Shown here: positions 50,705 to 60,239 of the stretch, piece after piece
How positions within the stretch are numbered: position 1 is the first letter of the stretch
Layout of the letters: every line of letters starts with the position of its first letter
DNA from: a bacterium
Lineage (GTDB): Bacteria; UBA8248; JACPRG01; G963555815
DNA length: 64,000 nucleotides
Direction: 5' to 3'
Assembly: GCA_965218795.1 (NCBI GenBank)
Contig: OZ244653.1
Coordinates: 416,001 to 480,000, forward strand
Program-made: the position numbers and the translations under genes
The notes under the pieces: generated by a model
What the model was told of the DNA's origin: nothing
What the model saw: the letters and a program-made list of their open reading frames with translations, nothing else
Databases searched by the model: none

Positions 50705-51979
50705 ATGAAGCTCGAGGTCGAGAAATCAAACCTCATGGGAACGGTGGCCATCCCGCCCAGTAAGTCTCATACCATCCGCGCCGTTGCACTGGCCTCGCTG
50801 GCTGAGGGGATGTCTCAGATCCTCAATCCGCTGATGTCCGAGGATGCGCAGGCGGCAGTCCGCTTTTATGAATCCTTGGGCGCGAAGATTCACCTGGAAG
50901 AGGACCGGTGGCTGATCGAAGGGGCGGGCGACCGGCTGTCGGCGCCGGACAACGTGATCGACGTCGGCAACTCGGGGACCACGTGCCGAATCGGGATCGG
51001 CTCTGCCGCGCTCTGCCGGGGATATTCCGTCGTAACCGGGGACGCCCAGACGCGAAAACGCCCGATGGAACCTCTGTTGAACGCATTGAACGATTTGGGG
51101 GCTGAAGCTTTTTCTACGCGGGGGAACGGCTACCTTCCTGCAGTCGTCGGCGGCCGGCTCAAGGGCGGCGAGACCACCGTAGACGGATTTACTTCCCAGT
51201 TCCTGACCAGCTTGCTGATCAACTGTCCGCTGGCCGAGGGGGACAGCGTGATTCACGTGACCGACCTGCGGGAGCGCCCGTATGTGGACATGACGCTTCG
51301 CTGGCTGGAGAAGCAGGAAATTATGCCGCAGAACGAGAATTACGAATCGTTCCGGATCCAGGGCGGAAGGTCGTATCTTCCTTTCGCCGAGGTGGTGCCG
51401 GCGGATTTTTCCTCGGCAACGTTTTTTCTCTGCGCGGCTGCGATTACGAATTCCTGGATCATGCTTCACGGGCTGGATATGGACGACACACAGGGCGACA
51501 AGGAGGTGGTCAACTATCTGATCGATATGGGTGCGGATATCGACGTGACGCATAAGGGAATTCGAGTTCGAGGGGCGGACCTGCAGGGGCGGGAACTCGA
51601 CCTCAACAGTACGCCCGACGCCTTGCCCGCCATGGCGGTGGTCGGCTGTTTCGCATGGGGGGAGACGGTTCTCAAGAATGTCCCCCACGCACGTGTCAAA
51701 GAGACGGACCGGATTGCCGCCCTGGCTGAGAATCTTCGGCGCTTGGGAGCGGATATCGAAGAGCTGCCGGACGGGCTGGTCATCCGGCGAAGCGTTTTAC
51801 GCGGAACGGATGTCGACGGAGCGGGCGACCACCGTGTGATCATGGCCTTGGGCATCGCCGGCTTGCGGGCTCAGGGAAGAACCTCGATCCTGAACGCCGA
51901 TGCGATCAACGTCTCCTTTCCCACGTTCACCCATCTCATGAACGAGTTGGGCGCCAATATGCGCATGACTCGGGGGTAG
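50705..51979 (+). CDS. aroA: EPSP synthase
   Basis: PPSKSHTIRA, GNSGTT, RPM, SQFLTSLL, KETDRI, DHR, SFPTF; start ATG 50705. Confidence 0.95.
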   Translation: MKLEVEKSNLMGTVAIPPSKSHTIRAVALASLAEGMSQILNPLMSEDAQAAVRFYESLGAKIHLEEDRWLIEGAGDRLSAPDNVIDVGNSGTTCRIGIGSAALCRGYSVVTGDAQTRKRPMEPLLNALNDLGAEAFSTRGNGYLPAVVGGRLKGGETTVDGFTSQFLTSLLINCPLAEGDSVIHVTDLRERPYVDMTLRWLEKQEIMPQNENYESFRIQGGRSYLPFAEVVPADFSSATFFLCAAAITNSWIMLHGLDMDDTQGDKEVVNYLIDMGADIDVTHKGIRVRGADLQGRELDLNSTPDALPAMAVVGCFAWGETVLKNVPHARVKETDRIAALAENLRRLGADIEELPDGLVIRRSVLRGTDVDGAGDHRVIMALGIAGLRAQGRTSILNADAINVSFPTFTHLMNELGANMRMTRG

Positions 51980-52039
51980 GGCGGGCCCGAATCACTGATT
52001 TTTTCAGAGCAGCCCGTCAAAATCCGAATCCGGCAAGGG

Positions 52040-52287
52040 CTACGGCCAATCTTGTTGTCCACACAGAAGTGCTTTACGAGGAGAGCAATCTCGTGGATTC
52101 CTTTTTCAGCGTATCCAAGACGGCGAACTTCTCTCATGTGAAAGTACAGCCCGTCATCGGATTTGGCAGTCATCGAGGCCGCCGGTGCGATTGCTTCTTT
52201 CGGGAGCCGCTCCAGTTTTCGGTCTGGGAAAACGGCCTTGGCGCAAGTCCAGATGATGTTGTGTATCAGCTTCAGTCGGTTTGCGGA
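52040..52287 (-). pseudogene. Carboxymuconolactone decarboxylase (AhpD/CMD)-like remnant
   Basis: Reads WTCAKAVFPDRKLERLPKEAIAPAASMTAKSDDGLYFHMREVRRLG...IHEI; L-x3-KE-x-IA and H...G pattern of the CMD family; CxxC lost; no proper start; boundaries approximate. Confidence 0.45.
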
Positions 52288-53007
52288 TCAACTTGTAACA
52301 GCAGGCACATGAATGTGAGCGGGAATCTCCCGAACATGCCGGACGATCAGATCGGGCCTGGCCCTCGAAAGCCGGTCTCCGCCGTTGTAGCTCATCGGCC
52401 AATCGACCGCGATCGTCCACACGCCGACCTTCTTGGCCTCCTCGATGTCCTTTTCCATGTGACCGACGTATCCGCATTGACCGACGGGGAGTTCGTTCTC
52501 GGAAAGGATATGCATGATGGCGTGGGCCTTTGTTCTCGAAATGTTGCCGGGATTGAACACGGTGCTCCATTCCCTCGCGGCCAGGAACCTGCCGAAGTCC
52601 GGAAAGAACCCGGCCAGCCCCAGCCGTTTGAGCTCCGACTGCACGAAGTCCCCCCCTTTTGATGTGACGATCGACGTGGATACGCCCATCCGATGGAGCT
52701 CCGCCAGGGATTCCAGGACCCCCTCACATAGTCTGCAGCGGGGCTCTCCTTTGGTCGCCTTGACGAGTTCCGCCCTCAGGGCCTCCCGGTCATAACCCGG
52801 CATGAAGTTCGGGATGATGAACTCATCGAGAGTCCCCTCCGCCACTTCCCGAAACTCATCAAAACTGATGGTATCCAGCTCGTGCAGGCAGAGTACCTTG
52901 TTCGTTATGGAAAATGCGACTTGGACATCATCATATAGAACTCCGGGGAAACTCAGGATCAGGTGTTTGATTGGGTATGGAGGATAGGGATTCACCTGAC
53001 CGTTCAT
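52288..53007 (-). CDS. HAD-superfamily protein (Gph-like) with degenerate active site
   Basis: HAD layout: LILSFPGVLYD, GV.E.L..L...G....IVTSK, YVGHMEKDIEEAKKVG; AGGAAGG RBS before ATG 53007. Confidence 0.75.
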   Translation of the reverse strand: MNGQVNPYPPYPIKHLILSFPGVLYDDVQVAFSITNKVLCLHELDTISFDEFREVAEGTLDEFIIPNFMPGYDREALRAELVKATKGEPRCRLCEGVLESLAELHRMGVSTSIVTSKGGDFVQSELKRLGLAGFFPDFGRFLAAREWSTVFNPGNISRTKAHAIMHILSENELPVGQCGYVGHMEKDIEEAKKVGVWTIAVDWPMSYNGGDRLSRARPDLIVRHVREIPAHIHVPAVTS

Positions 53008-53297
53008 TGTTTCCTTCCTGCTTGGTTTACCGCCTGAAAAAGCCGACAAATTTCAAATTGATGATTTCAGGGTAGGCGCAAGCCCCATTGACTCAGAGAA
53101 TGACCGGCCTGCTTTCGCTGGGCGAGAATTTCCAGCCTTTGCTGCTGTCTGATATGATCCTCCGCGTATCCCGAGGCCGGAGTCCTTGATGCCAATCTGT
53201 TCTTTATAGGACGGCCCAATCGAGCACAGGGACATGATTATATATGGAAATGATTTCATAGGAGTTTGCGGGCTCGATTCGCGATCCGGAGGTTGGA

Positions 53298-54161
53298 TTG
53301 AAACCTGAAAATATCATCGACATTCACACTCATATGGCATGGATGGAGAACAGCCAACCCGGATTCGTGGCGTTCATGGAGGCGACGATTGGCGAAAAAT
53401 ATCAACAGTTCATGGAGAGTCATCGGGAGCCGGAGACGTTTCTGCGGGTCATGGATGAAAACGGCATCGTCCGCGCCGTGGTCCTCGCAGAGTATTCCCC
53501 CGCAACCACAGGAATAGCCAGCCATGAGCAGTTGCTGGATTACTGTGCGGCTTCCAGCAGGCTCATCCCGTTCGCCAACGTCAACCCTTTCCTGTTTCAT
53601 CGTCCCGAGCGGGAGTTCGAGCGTCTTTTGAAGCTCGGAGTGAGGGGCTTGAAGCTCTGCCCAACCTATCAGTTTTTCTGTCCGAACGATCAGCTGTTGG
53701 CTCCGCTCTACCATGTGGCGCAAGAAGCCGGTGTGCCTGTCCTCGTGCACACGGGTACTTCGATGTTTCCCGGCTCCAGACTCAAGTATGGGGATCCATT
53801 GTTTTTGGATGATGTCGCCGTAGATTTCCCGGAATTGCGTTTAGGTATGTGCCATGGGGGAAGGGGATTCTGGTACGCGGAGGCGTTCGCGCTGTTGCGG
53901 TTTCACAAGAACCTGTTCATCGATATCGCCGGCCTTCCTCCGCAAAAACTGTTGGATTATTTCCCCGAGCTCGAAAGGTGCCCGGACCAATTCCTCTTCG
54001 GGTCCGATTGGCCGGGGCTCCCGAGGACGGTTGCCGAGAACGCGGAGGCGGTGGCCCGTCTGAAAATCTCCAGCGAGACAAAAGAGAAGATTCTTCGAGG
54101 CAACGCGCATCGATTTCTGGGCGGCGATTGCACTCAGTTTGGAACTGGATCAGGTGGCTGA
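53298..54161 (+). CDS. Amidohydrolase_2 family protein
   Basis: IDIHTH, GLKL, VHTG, CHGG, FGSDWP. Confidence 0.9.
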   Translation: MKPENIIDIHTHMAWMENSQPGFVAFMEATIGEKYQQFMESHREPETFLRVMDENGIVRAVVLAEYSPATTGIASHEQLLDYCAASSRLIPFANVNPFLFHRPEREFERLLKLGVRGLKLCPTYQFFCPNDQLLAPLYHVAQEAGVPVLVHTGTSMFPGSRLKYGDPLFLDDVAVDFPELRLGMCHGGRGFWYAEAFALLRFHKNLFIDIAGLPPQKLLDYFPELERCPDQFLFGSDWPGLPRTVAENAEAVARLKISSETKEKILRGNAHRFLGGDCTQFGTGSGG

Positions 54162-54749
54162 CCGGGCGGTCGTGTCGCCAATCCCTTCCAGCCGCAGCAT
54201 TCGATCTTTTGTAAGGATGCCGCCGGGTGCCGAAAACCCTCTAAGGTCCCCACGGGACCCAATGACCCGGTGTCACGGTACGACAAGAGGCACCGGATTA
54301 CCCGCCATGACCGCCCCGACCGCGCGCGACGCCTTGGGAGAGCCTGCGAGAGCTGCCACTTGGCCGTACGTCCGGATTTGTCCATAGCCGATATTTCTGG
54401 TAGCCGTCATCACCTTTTGGGAGAATTCCGAAAAGTCCGAGAGGTCGAGAGGGTAATCCATCTCCGCCGTCCCACCCTCAAAGTACATTTTCACTGAAGA
54501 ACCGATTTTCTTCAGCAGCGGCGTTGGTTCGCGCAGGAGAACCGCTCCAGCTTCCTCCAGCTTTGATTCGACCCGTTGCTGGCTGGATTCATGAAGAAAC
54601 AAGTACCTGAGGCCCTTGTCCGTCACGGCAGCACCGGCCCACCCAAAAGAGGTCTGGAAGGTGCCCCCATTCAACGAAGAGTGCAGGATTTTTGGACGGT
54701 CCGCTCTGGACGTGCCCTTCCGGTGAGCAACTCTTTTCGTATTTTGCAT
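54150..54749 (-). CDS. ogt: Selenocysteine-containing methylated-DNA--protein methyltransferase (PUHRV)
   Basis: IGYGQIRTYG, ASRAVG..MAGNPVPLVVP-[TGA 54275-54273]-HRVIGSRGDLRGFSAPGGILTKDRMLRLEG; the TGA replaces the Cys of PCHRV; true stop at 54152-54150. Confidence 0.9.
54244..54260 (-). promoter_or_regulatory. Putative SECIS element
   Basis: mRNA GGGUCCC-GUG-GGGACCU; loop GU at +20/+21 after the UGA, as in E. coli fdhF. Confidence 0.75.
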
Positions 54750-54868
54750 CGAAAACCCCCTCCTGGACCATAGGCATTGTGCTCAAATAAGCAATAGTGT
54801 ACAGTATTTTGTGGTCGGAAGGAAGTCGCAGAAACCATCGTAAATCATGCGAGGGTGACCGCAGCCGG

Positions 54869-55330
54869 ATGGGAAAAGGTCGAATTGCCATAGGGTCGGA
54901 TCACGCCGGATTCGAGTTAAAGGAAAAGATCAAAGAGTTCCTGGAGAGGCGCGGGGAGGTCGTTGTCGACTTCGGAGCGAATTCTCGCGAATCGGTTGAT
55001 TATCCTGATTACGGGCGGAAGGTTGCAAAGGCTGTCGCGAACGGCGAGGATGAGCTAGGGATTCTGATCTGCGGCACGGGTATCGGGATGAGCATTGTCG
55101 CGAATAAGGTGCCGGGCATCCGTGCCGCGTTGGTTCAGGATATTTTCACTGCGAAAATGGCGCGTGAGCACACCAATGCGAACCTTCTCGTTCTTGGGGC
55201 CCGTGTGGTGGACCCTGAGATCGCACCACAACTCGTGGGGACATGGCTCGATTCCCAGTTCCAGGGAGAGCGTCACAAGCGGCGGATCGACAAGATTGCC
55301 GAACTAGAAAAGGAGAATGGGACCCCGTGA
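54869..55330 (+). CDS. rpiB: Ribose-5-phosphate isomerase B
   Basis: [32 protein letters not shown]. Confidence 0.96.
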   Translation: MGKGRIAIGSDHAGFELKEKIKEFLERRGEVVVDFGANSRESVDYPDYGRKVAKAVANGEDELGILICGTGIGMSIVANKVPGIRAALVQDIFTAKMAREHTNANLLVLGARVVDPEIAPQLVGTWLDSQFQGERHKRRIDKIAELEKENGTP

Positions 55331-56592
55331 TCAACCATCGGCCCGTTGAAGATATCGACCCTGAAATCGCAAAGATCATCGAACTGGAACAGCAACGCCA
55401 GGAGGAAAGCCTCGAACTCATCGCATCCGAAAACTTCACCAGTGCCGCTGTGATGGAAGCGCAGGGCTCTGTGCTCACGAACAAGTACGCCGAGGGTCTC
55501 CCCGGACGCCGATATTATGGCGGTTGTGAGTTTGTAGATCAGGCCGAGAACTTGGCGCGGGAACGCGTCAAATCGCTGTTCGGGGCCGGCTATGCAAACG
55601 TTCAGCCGCACTCGGGCACGCAAGCGGTGACCGCCGGATATTTAGCGTTGATCAAACCCGGTGATACGATTCTGGGGATGAATCTTGCGCATGGAGGGCA
55701 TCTGACGCACGGCAGTCCGGTCAATGTTTCGGGAACCCTCTTTCAGGTCGTCGCATACGGAGTGGATCGGGAGACCGAAACCATCGATTTTGATGAGGTA
55801 CGCTCCAAGGCGAGGGAACATCGTCCCGCGATGATCGTGGTGGGAGCGAGCGCGTATCCTCGGCGGATCCCGTTCGATCGGTTCCGTGAAATCGCGGATG
55901 AGGTAGGGGCCAAGGTGATGGTGGATATGGCTCACATTGCGGGTCTGATCGCTGCGGATCTGCACCCCAACCCCGTTCCCCACGCCGATATTGTCGTCGC
56001 CACAACGCACAAGACATTACGGGGACCCCGCGGCGGGTTCGTCCTGACGAATCATGAAGACGTCGCCAAAGAGATGAACAAGAAGGTCTTTCCGTTCCTT
56101 CAAGGGGGCCCGCTGATGCACGTGATCGCGGCCAAAGCGGTTGCGTTTCAGGAGGCGTTATCGGAGGAATTCCGGAGTTATCAGCTTCAAATCGTGCGCA
56201 ACGCTGCAACGCTGGCCGAAGCCTTATTATCCCATGGGATCGATTTGATCTCCGGCGGAACTGATAACCATCTCATGCTCGTGGACTTGCGCAACAGCCC
56301 CGTAGACGGCAAGGCTGCGCAAACGGCTCTGGAGGCGGCGGGAATTACGGCGAACCGGAATATGGTTCCTTTTGACGAGCGGTCGCCTTTTGTCTCCAGC
56401 GGCGTCCGGATCGGCACGCCGGCCATCACCAGCCGGGGGATGGGTGAGGACGAGATGCGCGTCATCGCTGGATGGACCGCCGACATTTTGGGCGATGTCG
56501 AAAACACAGTCTTGAGGGAGAAAATCCGGGAAGGCGTCCGGGAGCTCTGCGGGAGATTTCCCCTGCATTCGAGGACCCACGCAACGGTTTGA
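55327..56592 (+). CDS. glyA: Serine hydroxymethyltransferase
   Basis: [39 protein letters not shown]; GTGA overlap with rpiB. Confidence 0.97.
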   Translation: MINHRPVEDIDPEIAKIIELEQQRQEESLELIASENFTSAAVMEAQGSVLTNKYAEGLPGRRYYGGCEFVDQAENLARERVKSLFGAGYANVQPHSGTQAVTAGYLALIKPGDTILGMNLAHGGHLTHGSPVNVSGTLFQVVAYGVDRETETIDFDEVRSKAREHRPAMIVVGASAYPRRIPFDRFREIADEVGAKVMVDMAHIAGLIAADLHPNPVPHADIVVATTHKTLRGPRGGFVLTNHEDVAKEMNKKVFPFLQGGPLMHVIAAKAVAFQEALSEEFRSYQLQIVRNAATLAEALLSHGIDLISGGTDNHLMLVDLRNSPVDGKAAQTALEAAGITANRNMVPFDERSPFVSSGVRIGTPAITSRGMGEDEMRVIAGWTADILGDVENTVLREKIREGVRELCGRFPLHSRTHATV

Positions 56593-56614
56593 TTCCATAT
56601 AGGAGAATGCATGA

Positions 56615-57139
56615 ATGAAGTGTCCCTCCTGCGGGTCGACGAACACACGAGTCATCGATTCCCGCCTCACCAAGGACGGGAACGCGGTTCGACGTCGGCG
56701 GGAATGCGAGCAGTGCGAGCGGCGATTCACGACGTACGAGCGCCTCGAGGAAGTGTTTCCGCTTCTGGTCAAGAAAGACGGCCGGCGCGAACCGTACGAC
56801 CGGAACAAAGTGGTTCTCGGGCTTCAAAAGGCATTGGAGAAGCGGCCGGTGAGCGCGGACGTCATCGAGGCCATCGCCGATCGGGTGGAACGGTTCATCC
56901 TGGAGACGGGAGAGAAAGAGACTCCCAGCGTGGCCATCGGGGAGCAGGTGATGAACGAACTGCGCGATGTCGACCACGTCGCTTACGTTCGATTCGCTTC
57001 GGTCTACCGATCGTTCAAGGACCTAGACGATTTTATGGACCAACTCAAAGAACTCTTGCAGGACCGCTCCGGGGACTACAGCGACGGCTCGGCCGACTTG
57101 GCGGCCCGACCCTCTGAGCGCTCCCTCTCCGCCTCCTGA
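56615..57139 (+). CDS. nrdR: Transcriptional repressor NrdR
   Basis: [29 protein letters not shown] cone, AYVRFASVY. Confidence 0.97.
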   Translation: MKCPSCGSTNTRVIDSRLTKDGNAVRRRRECEQCERRFTTYERLEEVFPLLVKKDGRREPYDRNKVVLGLQKALEKRPVSADVIEAIADRVERFILETGEKETPSVAIGEQVMNELRDVDHVAYVRFASVYRSFKDLDDFMDQLKELLQDRSGDYSDGSADLAARPSERSLSAS

Positions 57140-57357
57140 GCCTCTACCGCATATCGCCCATCACTGTGTTTCTCATACCAGGCAGGCATTGAACTCCCCA
57201 AGGATGTCCTGCTTTTCTCCCGGCATCCGGATTTTTGCAATGATCAGACATCTTTATGACAAAATGCTCCCGGTTCGTGTCTACATTGATGACAGGAGAA
57301 GTATCGGAGACGTGAATTGAAAGAACAGGTTCTTCCGCGCCACCGGGGGCTTTGGAT

Positions 57358-57912
57358 ATGAACAGAAAACATTCAACTCGTTACTGGGTATTGGGAAGTA
57401 TCGGGTTGGCGCTTGCGCTGTTTGTGTTTTTTCCGATTCAGGCGAGAATCTCCGCCAATTCTTTGATTGGAAGTCCTGCACCCGCTATCAAGAGCACGGC
57501 ATGGATCAATTCGCCCGGCATCGATTGGCCATCGCTCCGCGGCAAGGTGGTCCTCATCGACATGTGGACCTTCGGGTGATTCAACTGCCGCAATGACGTG
57601 CCGCAGTTGGCGGCTTGGCATCGAAAATACGGGAAGCAGGGTTTGGTCATCATCGGAAATCACGCTCCCGAGTTCCGTTATGAGAAGAAGCTCGAAAACG
57701 TGCAGAAGGCAACCAGGGAGCTTGGGATTCAGTACGCCGTTTGCCTGGATAACGATTTCAAGAACTGGAAGGCATACCGCAACCGGTACTGGCCCACGAA
57801 ATATCTAGTCGATAAGAAGGGGATCCTGCGGTACTTCACGATTGGAGAAGGGAATTACTCATCGACTGAAATCATGATTGAGCGGCTCTTGGCGGAGACT
57901 CCGCAAAGCTGA
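57358..57912 (+). CDS. Selenocysteine-containing exported thioredoxin-like (DipZ/TlpA-type) protein, UxxC
   Basis: WINS...LRGKVVLIDMWTFG-[TGA 57577-57579]-FNC, then in-frame HAPEFRYEK, NRYWPTKYLVDKKG, GEGNY; N-terminal signal/TM. Confidence 0.9.
57600..57614 (+). promoter_or_regulatory. Putative SECIS element
   Basis: GCCGC-AGTTG-GCGGC apical stem with loop GU at +27/+28; lower stem TGCC/GGCA; an alternative CAACTGC/GCAGTTG fold also exists. Confidence 0.55.
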
Positions 57913-57997
57913 CGTGAATGAATGTGTGAGCCGTTCGGTGATTCGGCTTGCAGCTCTGAGTAAAAAAACATCCCGACGAGGAGAAAAGGCGCCTTCC

Positions 57998-58360
57998 TCA
58001 TCGGGATGTCTTGATTTTCCGCTTGGGGCGTTTTGAACTGCGGGCGTCCGACACCTGAGATCGGACGGCTTGTTTGGCCCAATCGGTCAGGCTCTCCGGG
58101 TCGTCCAGGATATCCGCCGGCACCTCGTAATAAGTCTTGAGGGTCATCTTCTCGCTGGGCCGGAACGGCGCCATTTCCTTCGCGAGGTATTGTTCCCGGG
58201 TGGTCGCGTCGGTCTTAAAGAACAATTGTCCATGAGAGATGATCCCGAAGAAGATTTCATCCTGGTAGACTCCGAAACCTCCAAACATCCTTCGGCAGCG
58301 GACCCCGTCCATCTTTTGCAATTGATCCTGAACGAACTCCTTGAAGGAATCACTGCTCAA
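57998..58360 (-). CDS. TfoX/Sxy N-terminal domain protein
   Basis: FKEFVQDQL, RRMFGGFGVY, LFFK, PF, YYEVPADILDD; AAGGA before TTG 58360. Confidence 0.88.
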   Translation of the reverse strand: MSSDSFKEFVQDQLQKMDGVRCRRMFGGFGVYQDEIFFGIISHGQLFFKTDATTREQYLAKEMAPFRPSEKMTLKTYYEVPADILDDPESLTDWAKQAVRSQVSDARSSKRPKRKIKTSR

Positions 58361-58391
58361 GCCGTCATTCCTTTGCGTGGTTCGAGCAGGG

Positions 58392-58754
58392 TTATGGGGC
58401 GGTTGGCGAAAGGATGCCGACGCAGTGGCCTTCCGGGTCGGTGAACATCGCGATGGATATCCCCGCATCCGGAATGGGGCACGGTTCCATCACCTTCTTT
58501 CCGCCGAGCGATTCCGCCTGGACCAGCGCGGCTTCCAGGTCTTCGACCTGGACATAGAAGGTGATGCCTCGTGCGCCTTCGTCATCATTGGCGTAAATGC
58601 CGCCGTTGATTCCGCCCTCTCCCCCTGTTTCAGCCATACCGTACTTCATTGAGTTATTGGAATCGATTTTCCATCCGAACATCTTTGCGTAAAAATTCCA
58701 GAGCTTGTCTGCGTCTGCGCCGGCGATTTCCCAGTGAATGACGGGCTGACCCAT
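58392..58754 (-). CDS. VOC (glyoxalase/bleomycin-resistance) family protein
   Basis: PVIHWEI, FYAKMFGW, GINGGI, YVQVEDL, AMFTDPEGH. Confidence 0.9.
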   Translation of the reverse strand: MGQPVIHWEIAGADADKLWNFYAKMFGWKIDSNNSMKYGMAETGGEGGINGGIYANDDEGARGITFYVQVEDLEAALVQAESLGGKKVMEPCPIPDAGISIAMFTDPEGHCVGILSPTAP

Positions 58755-58860
58755 TTTCCTCTCCTTTTCAATTTGTCGTGGTGAACCGGTATCACGGTGA
58801 TTGGCTTTCGGGAAGGGCGCGGATCCCTTACGGATTACATAGGAAACCATCCAAAGCCCG

Positions 58861-59102
58861 TCAAATAGCCCCGGATATATCCGAATGCCAGCACTCGGAA
58901 ACCCACAACAGGGGTTCGTGCATCAAGTCTGAAATGAAGGCATCTTCGATTCGCGCCTTATGCCGCAGAAGCCATCCAATCGGATTGGTCTGCTCGCGCG
59001 GGAGGCTTTGGCCAAGTCATCGTCCGACAAATCCTCCAAAGCCATTTGAACGATTCCGTCGCCCGAATTGAGGACGTATTCCACAATCCCGCCGGTAGCC
59101 GT
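58861..59102 (-). pseudogene. DinB-family pseudogene (frameshifted, truncated)
   Basis: AGGAG then ACG start; ALEDLSDDDLAK, frameshift near 59005, then QTNPIGWLLRHKARIED...W; early stop. Confidence 0.6.
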
Positions 59103-59175
59103 CGTCGACTCCTTTCCCGGCCGCCTTTTCCCGGGAACTTGTGATCACACGCGAAGCTTTCCCGCCCTGATGGTC

Positions 59176-59625
59176 TTACAAATACCGACCGAGACGAGTA
59201 AGCGTCCCGTTCCATCCGTCCGAATGGGCTTGGCGCGCCTCCTCGTTGGGCAGCTGCTCGTGTGTGATTGAGACTTCCGTCTGCTCCCCGTCTTCACGGA
59301 ACTCGACGGTGACCAAGGTTTCGCCGATGTCCATTCCCCCTTCTACCCAGGACCAAGTGAAGACGAGTTTCTCGCCCGGCACGACCTCGCGATACGTCCC
59401 GGCGACCGTATTGTTGTTGCCATCCGGAGAGATGAGGACGAAGCGGTATTTTCCGCCGACCTTCGCGTCGACCTCGACCGACGGAATCTGGAAGTCGTCG
59501 TGCGGACCGAACCATTGCTTCAGCGCCTCCGGGTCCGTCCATGCTTCGAAGACCTTCTCTCGGGGCGCCGAAAAGGTCCGTTGAAACGTGACGGCATCAG
59601 CGGATCCGATGTTTCCTGTTGCCAT
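59176..59625 (-). CDS. SRPBCC/AHSA1 domain protein
   Basis: RTFSAPREKVFEAWTDP, VGGKYR, LVFTWSW, GWNGTL. Confidence 0.92.
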   Translation of the reverse strand: MATGNIGSADAVTFQRTFSAPREKVFEAWTDPEALKQWFGPHDDFQIPSVEVDAKVGGKYRFVLISPDGNNNTVAGTYREVVPGEKLVFTWSWVEGGMDIGETLVTVEFREDGEQTEVSITHEQLPNEEARQAHSDGWNGTLTRLGRYL

Positions 59626-59885
59626 CGTGGCACCTCAATTCATTTCTTTAGTTTGTGAGATACTCGCTTCGAATTTGGAGGGCCTGGTTTGTTACTCCGA
59701 GAAAGGGTCTTTCACTCCCTCATGGATACGGATCTTCACCGATAATCAACGAATTTACGATTTTCCCATGGGTTCGGTCCTCATCCTGGGACCGTCTCCC
59801 ACGGGATGAAGACCGCTCGTTCGAGCCCAACTTTTCCCTTTGAGACGTGCGTTTTTTCGGACACCCCTCTCGGGCCCTTTTCTCA

Positions 59886-60227
59886 CTAGGATTTCGATGA
59901 TCTCGTGGACTCGAGGTATTCCGCGAGGGCGCCCATCCGTCCTTCCCAGAATTGCCGGTAGCGTTGAATCCAGTCGTCCGCGTCTTTCATGGGTTTGGCG
60001 TTCAGCCGGCAAAGGCGGACGCGACCGTCCCGCTCTCGAGTCAGAAGACCAGCCGTCTCCAGAACCCGCAGATGTTTCGAAACGGCCGGAAGCGACATAT
60101 TGAACGGCTTGGCCAATACAGTGACGGAAGACTCACCGCGCGCCAGTCGCGCGAGAATTGCCCGACGTGTTGGATCGGCCAGCGCCGAAAAGGTCGAATC
60201 CAATGTCTTGGAAGAATACTTAACCAT
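59886..60227 (-). CDS. ArsR/SmtB family regulator (SRPBCC-associated)
   Basis: FSALADPTRRAIL, MSLPAVSKHLRVLE, GR. Confidence 0.93.
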   Translation of the reverse strand: MVKYSSKTLDSTFSALADPTRRAILARLARGESSVTVLAKPFNMSLPAVSKHLRVLETAGLLTRERDGRVRLCRLNAKPMKDADDWIQRYRQFWEGRMGALAEYLESTRSSKS

Positions 60228-60239
60228 ACGGTTAAGTAT
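60216..60239. promoter_or_regulatory. Perfect 10-4-10 inverted repeat, probable ArsR operator
   Basis: ATACTTAACC-ATAC-GGTTAAGTAT, overlapping the -10 box and the start codon. Confidence 0.75.

Noticed and set aside
54810-54835. SRP RNA-like GGAAGGAAG motif
   Set aside because: Lacks the CAGG/AGCAG internal loop and the long flanking helix.
59735-59870. Short minus-strand reading with internal TGA (VSEKTH...ETVPG*GPNPW) as a selenoprotein or SRPBCC remnant
   Set aside because: No Cys-type motif, no convincing SECIS, and similarity too weak.
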